Origin: a virus
IMG/VR virus record: IMGVR_UViG_3300037454_000146
Location: 32,001 to 96,000 of that record
Direction: 5' to 3' (one strand)
DNA: 64,000 nucleotides
Shown here: positions 63,195-64,000 of the stretch, piece by piece
Layout of the letters: each line of letters starts with the position of its first letter
Numbering within the stretch: the first letter of the stretch is position 1
The notes under the pieces: model-generated
Database searches by the model: none
The model's input: the letters and a program-made list of their open reading frames with translations, nothing else
Told to the model about the DNA's origin: nothing
Translations under genes and position numbers: made by a program

Positions 63195-64000
63195 AGAGAT
63201 TGAGCCAGAAATCCCGCTGGCTTTAGACGGTGGGATGAATGGCTTTGGTAAAGTATGGATAAATGGGAAAGGGGATAAATTTATATCCTCGTAAAGCAAC
63301 AAATAAAATTGGGGGGATCTGGTGGCAAACAAAGCGTATAAATTTAGGCTATATCCGAATGAAGAACAAAAGATATTATTTGCAAAAACCTTTGGTTGTG
63401 TCAGATTTATCTACAATCAAATGCTTTCGGATAAGATAGCACACTATAAAGAAACTGGAATGAAACTCAATAATACTCCTGCACAATACAAGAAAGAGTT
63501 TGAGTGGCTTAAAGAAGTTGACAGTCTTGCCCTTGCAAATGCACAAATGAATTTACAGGCTGCTTATAACAACTTCTTTAGAACACCTAAAGTCGGCTTT
63601 CCTAAATTCAAAAGTAAAAAGAGAGATAAAGATAGCTACACTACTAATAATTGTCATTCAACTAACCAAAATAATGGCACGGTTAGTATTATTGACGGTA
63701 AACTCAGACTTCCTAAAGTTGGTCTTGTGAGAATGCTGCAACACAGAACTATTCCAGTAACCGAAAAGATTAAGTCGGCTACAATTACAAGAACGCCATC
63801 TGGCAAATATTATGCTTCTATTCTTGTGGAGTATGACAAAATTATTCCTGAGATAGAATTATCAAAGGATAAGGCGATAGGATTAGATTACGCAAGTCAT
63901 AGCTTTTATGTCGATAGTCAAGGCAGAGAAGCAGACTATCCTAAGTTCTATCGTAAGGCGCAAGACAAGCTGGCACGTGAGCAACGCAAACTTGCCAACA
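63195..64000 (+). mobile_element. Second IS200/IS605-family tnpB element (partial; runs off the window)
   Basis: A 127-nt left-end-like region with the hairpin GCCAGaaatcccgCTGGC is followed by a tnpB ORF. It begins 1 nt after the recombinase stop. Confidence 0.55.
63322..64000 (+). CDS. tnpB: TnpB (N-terminal part, truncated by window end)
   Basis: GTG start: (M)ANKAYKFRLYPNEEQKILFAKTFGCVRFIYNQML...GFPKFKSKK...AIGLDYASHSFYVDSQG (first RuvC Asp). The sequence differs from the 1875..3035 TnpB. Not in the ORF track because no stop falls inside the window. Confidence 0.85.
   Translation, partial: MANKAYKFRLYPNEEQKILFAKTFGCVRFIYNQMLSDKIAHYKETGMKLNNTPAQYKKEFEWLKEVDSLALANAQMNLQAAYNNFFRTPKVGFPKFKSKKRDKDSYTTNNCHSTNQNNGTVSIIDGKLRLPKVGLVRMLQHRTIPVTEKIKSATITRTPSGKYYASILVEYDKIIPEIELSKDKAIGLDYASHSFYVDSQGREADYPKFYRKAQDKLAREQRKLAN

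Overview
Positions ~95-63,200 read as one phage or prophage genome of a low-GC Firmicute (Clostridia-like). The signals are AGGAGG ribosome-binding sites, TTGACA-17-TATAAT promoters that often carry an extended -10, and some GTG/TTG starts. No tRNA, rRNA or CRISPR array was seen.

Minus strand, transcribed right to left:
- 52.7-49.2 kb: an initiator-like gene and small genes.
- 49.1-41.4 kb: a YonO-like single-subunit RNA polymerase, ClpP-like protease, PhoH-like ATPase, HNH-AP2 endonuclease and a metallophosphoesterase.
- 41.4-38.6 kb: a ~650-nt GC-rich, ORF-free, hairpin-dense locus, then a tyrosine integrase and a GT2 glycosyltransferase.
- 38.4-0.1 kb: a full packaging, head, tail and lysis module ending at a strong terminator.

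Plus strand, 54.8-63.2 kb: an operator-controlled block of about 25 small genes, ending in a second tyrosine recombinase. A partial TnpB element runs off the right edge.

Most notable observations:
1. The tape measure gene is split by an 1852-nt group I intron (17997-19848, minus strand). One internal guide sequence pairs with both exon ends, which fixes the splice sites exactly.
2. Instead of a homing endonuclease, the intron carries independently promoted genes on the opposite strand. These are a type III toxin-antitoxin module (two 45-nt RNA repeats, a terminator, a ToxN/AbiQ-family toxin) and a zinc-ribbon membrane protein.
3. A large structured-RNA candidate with its own terminator lies directly upstream of the internal integrase.
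4. The hexamer CGGAAA occurs 31 times (hand count) on the plus strand of 55.6-60.0 kb, in all codon phases and in intergenic DNA.
5. One tnpA-less TnpB element sits inside the lysis cassette and a second, unrelated one sits at the right edge. There are also four homing-endonuclease-type genes.

All protein calls rest on motifs read by eye. No database search was run.
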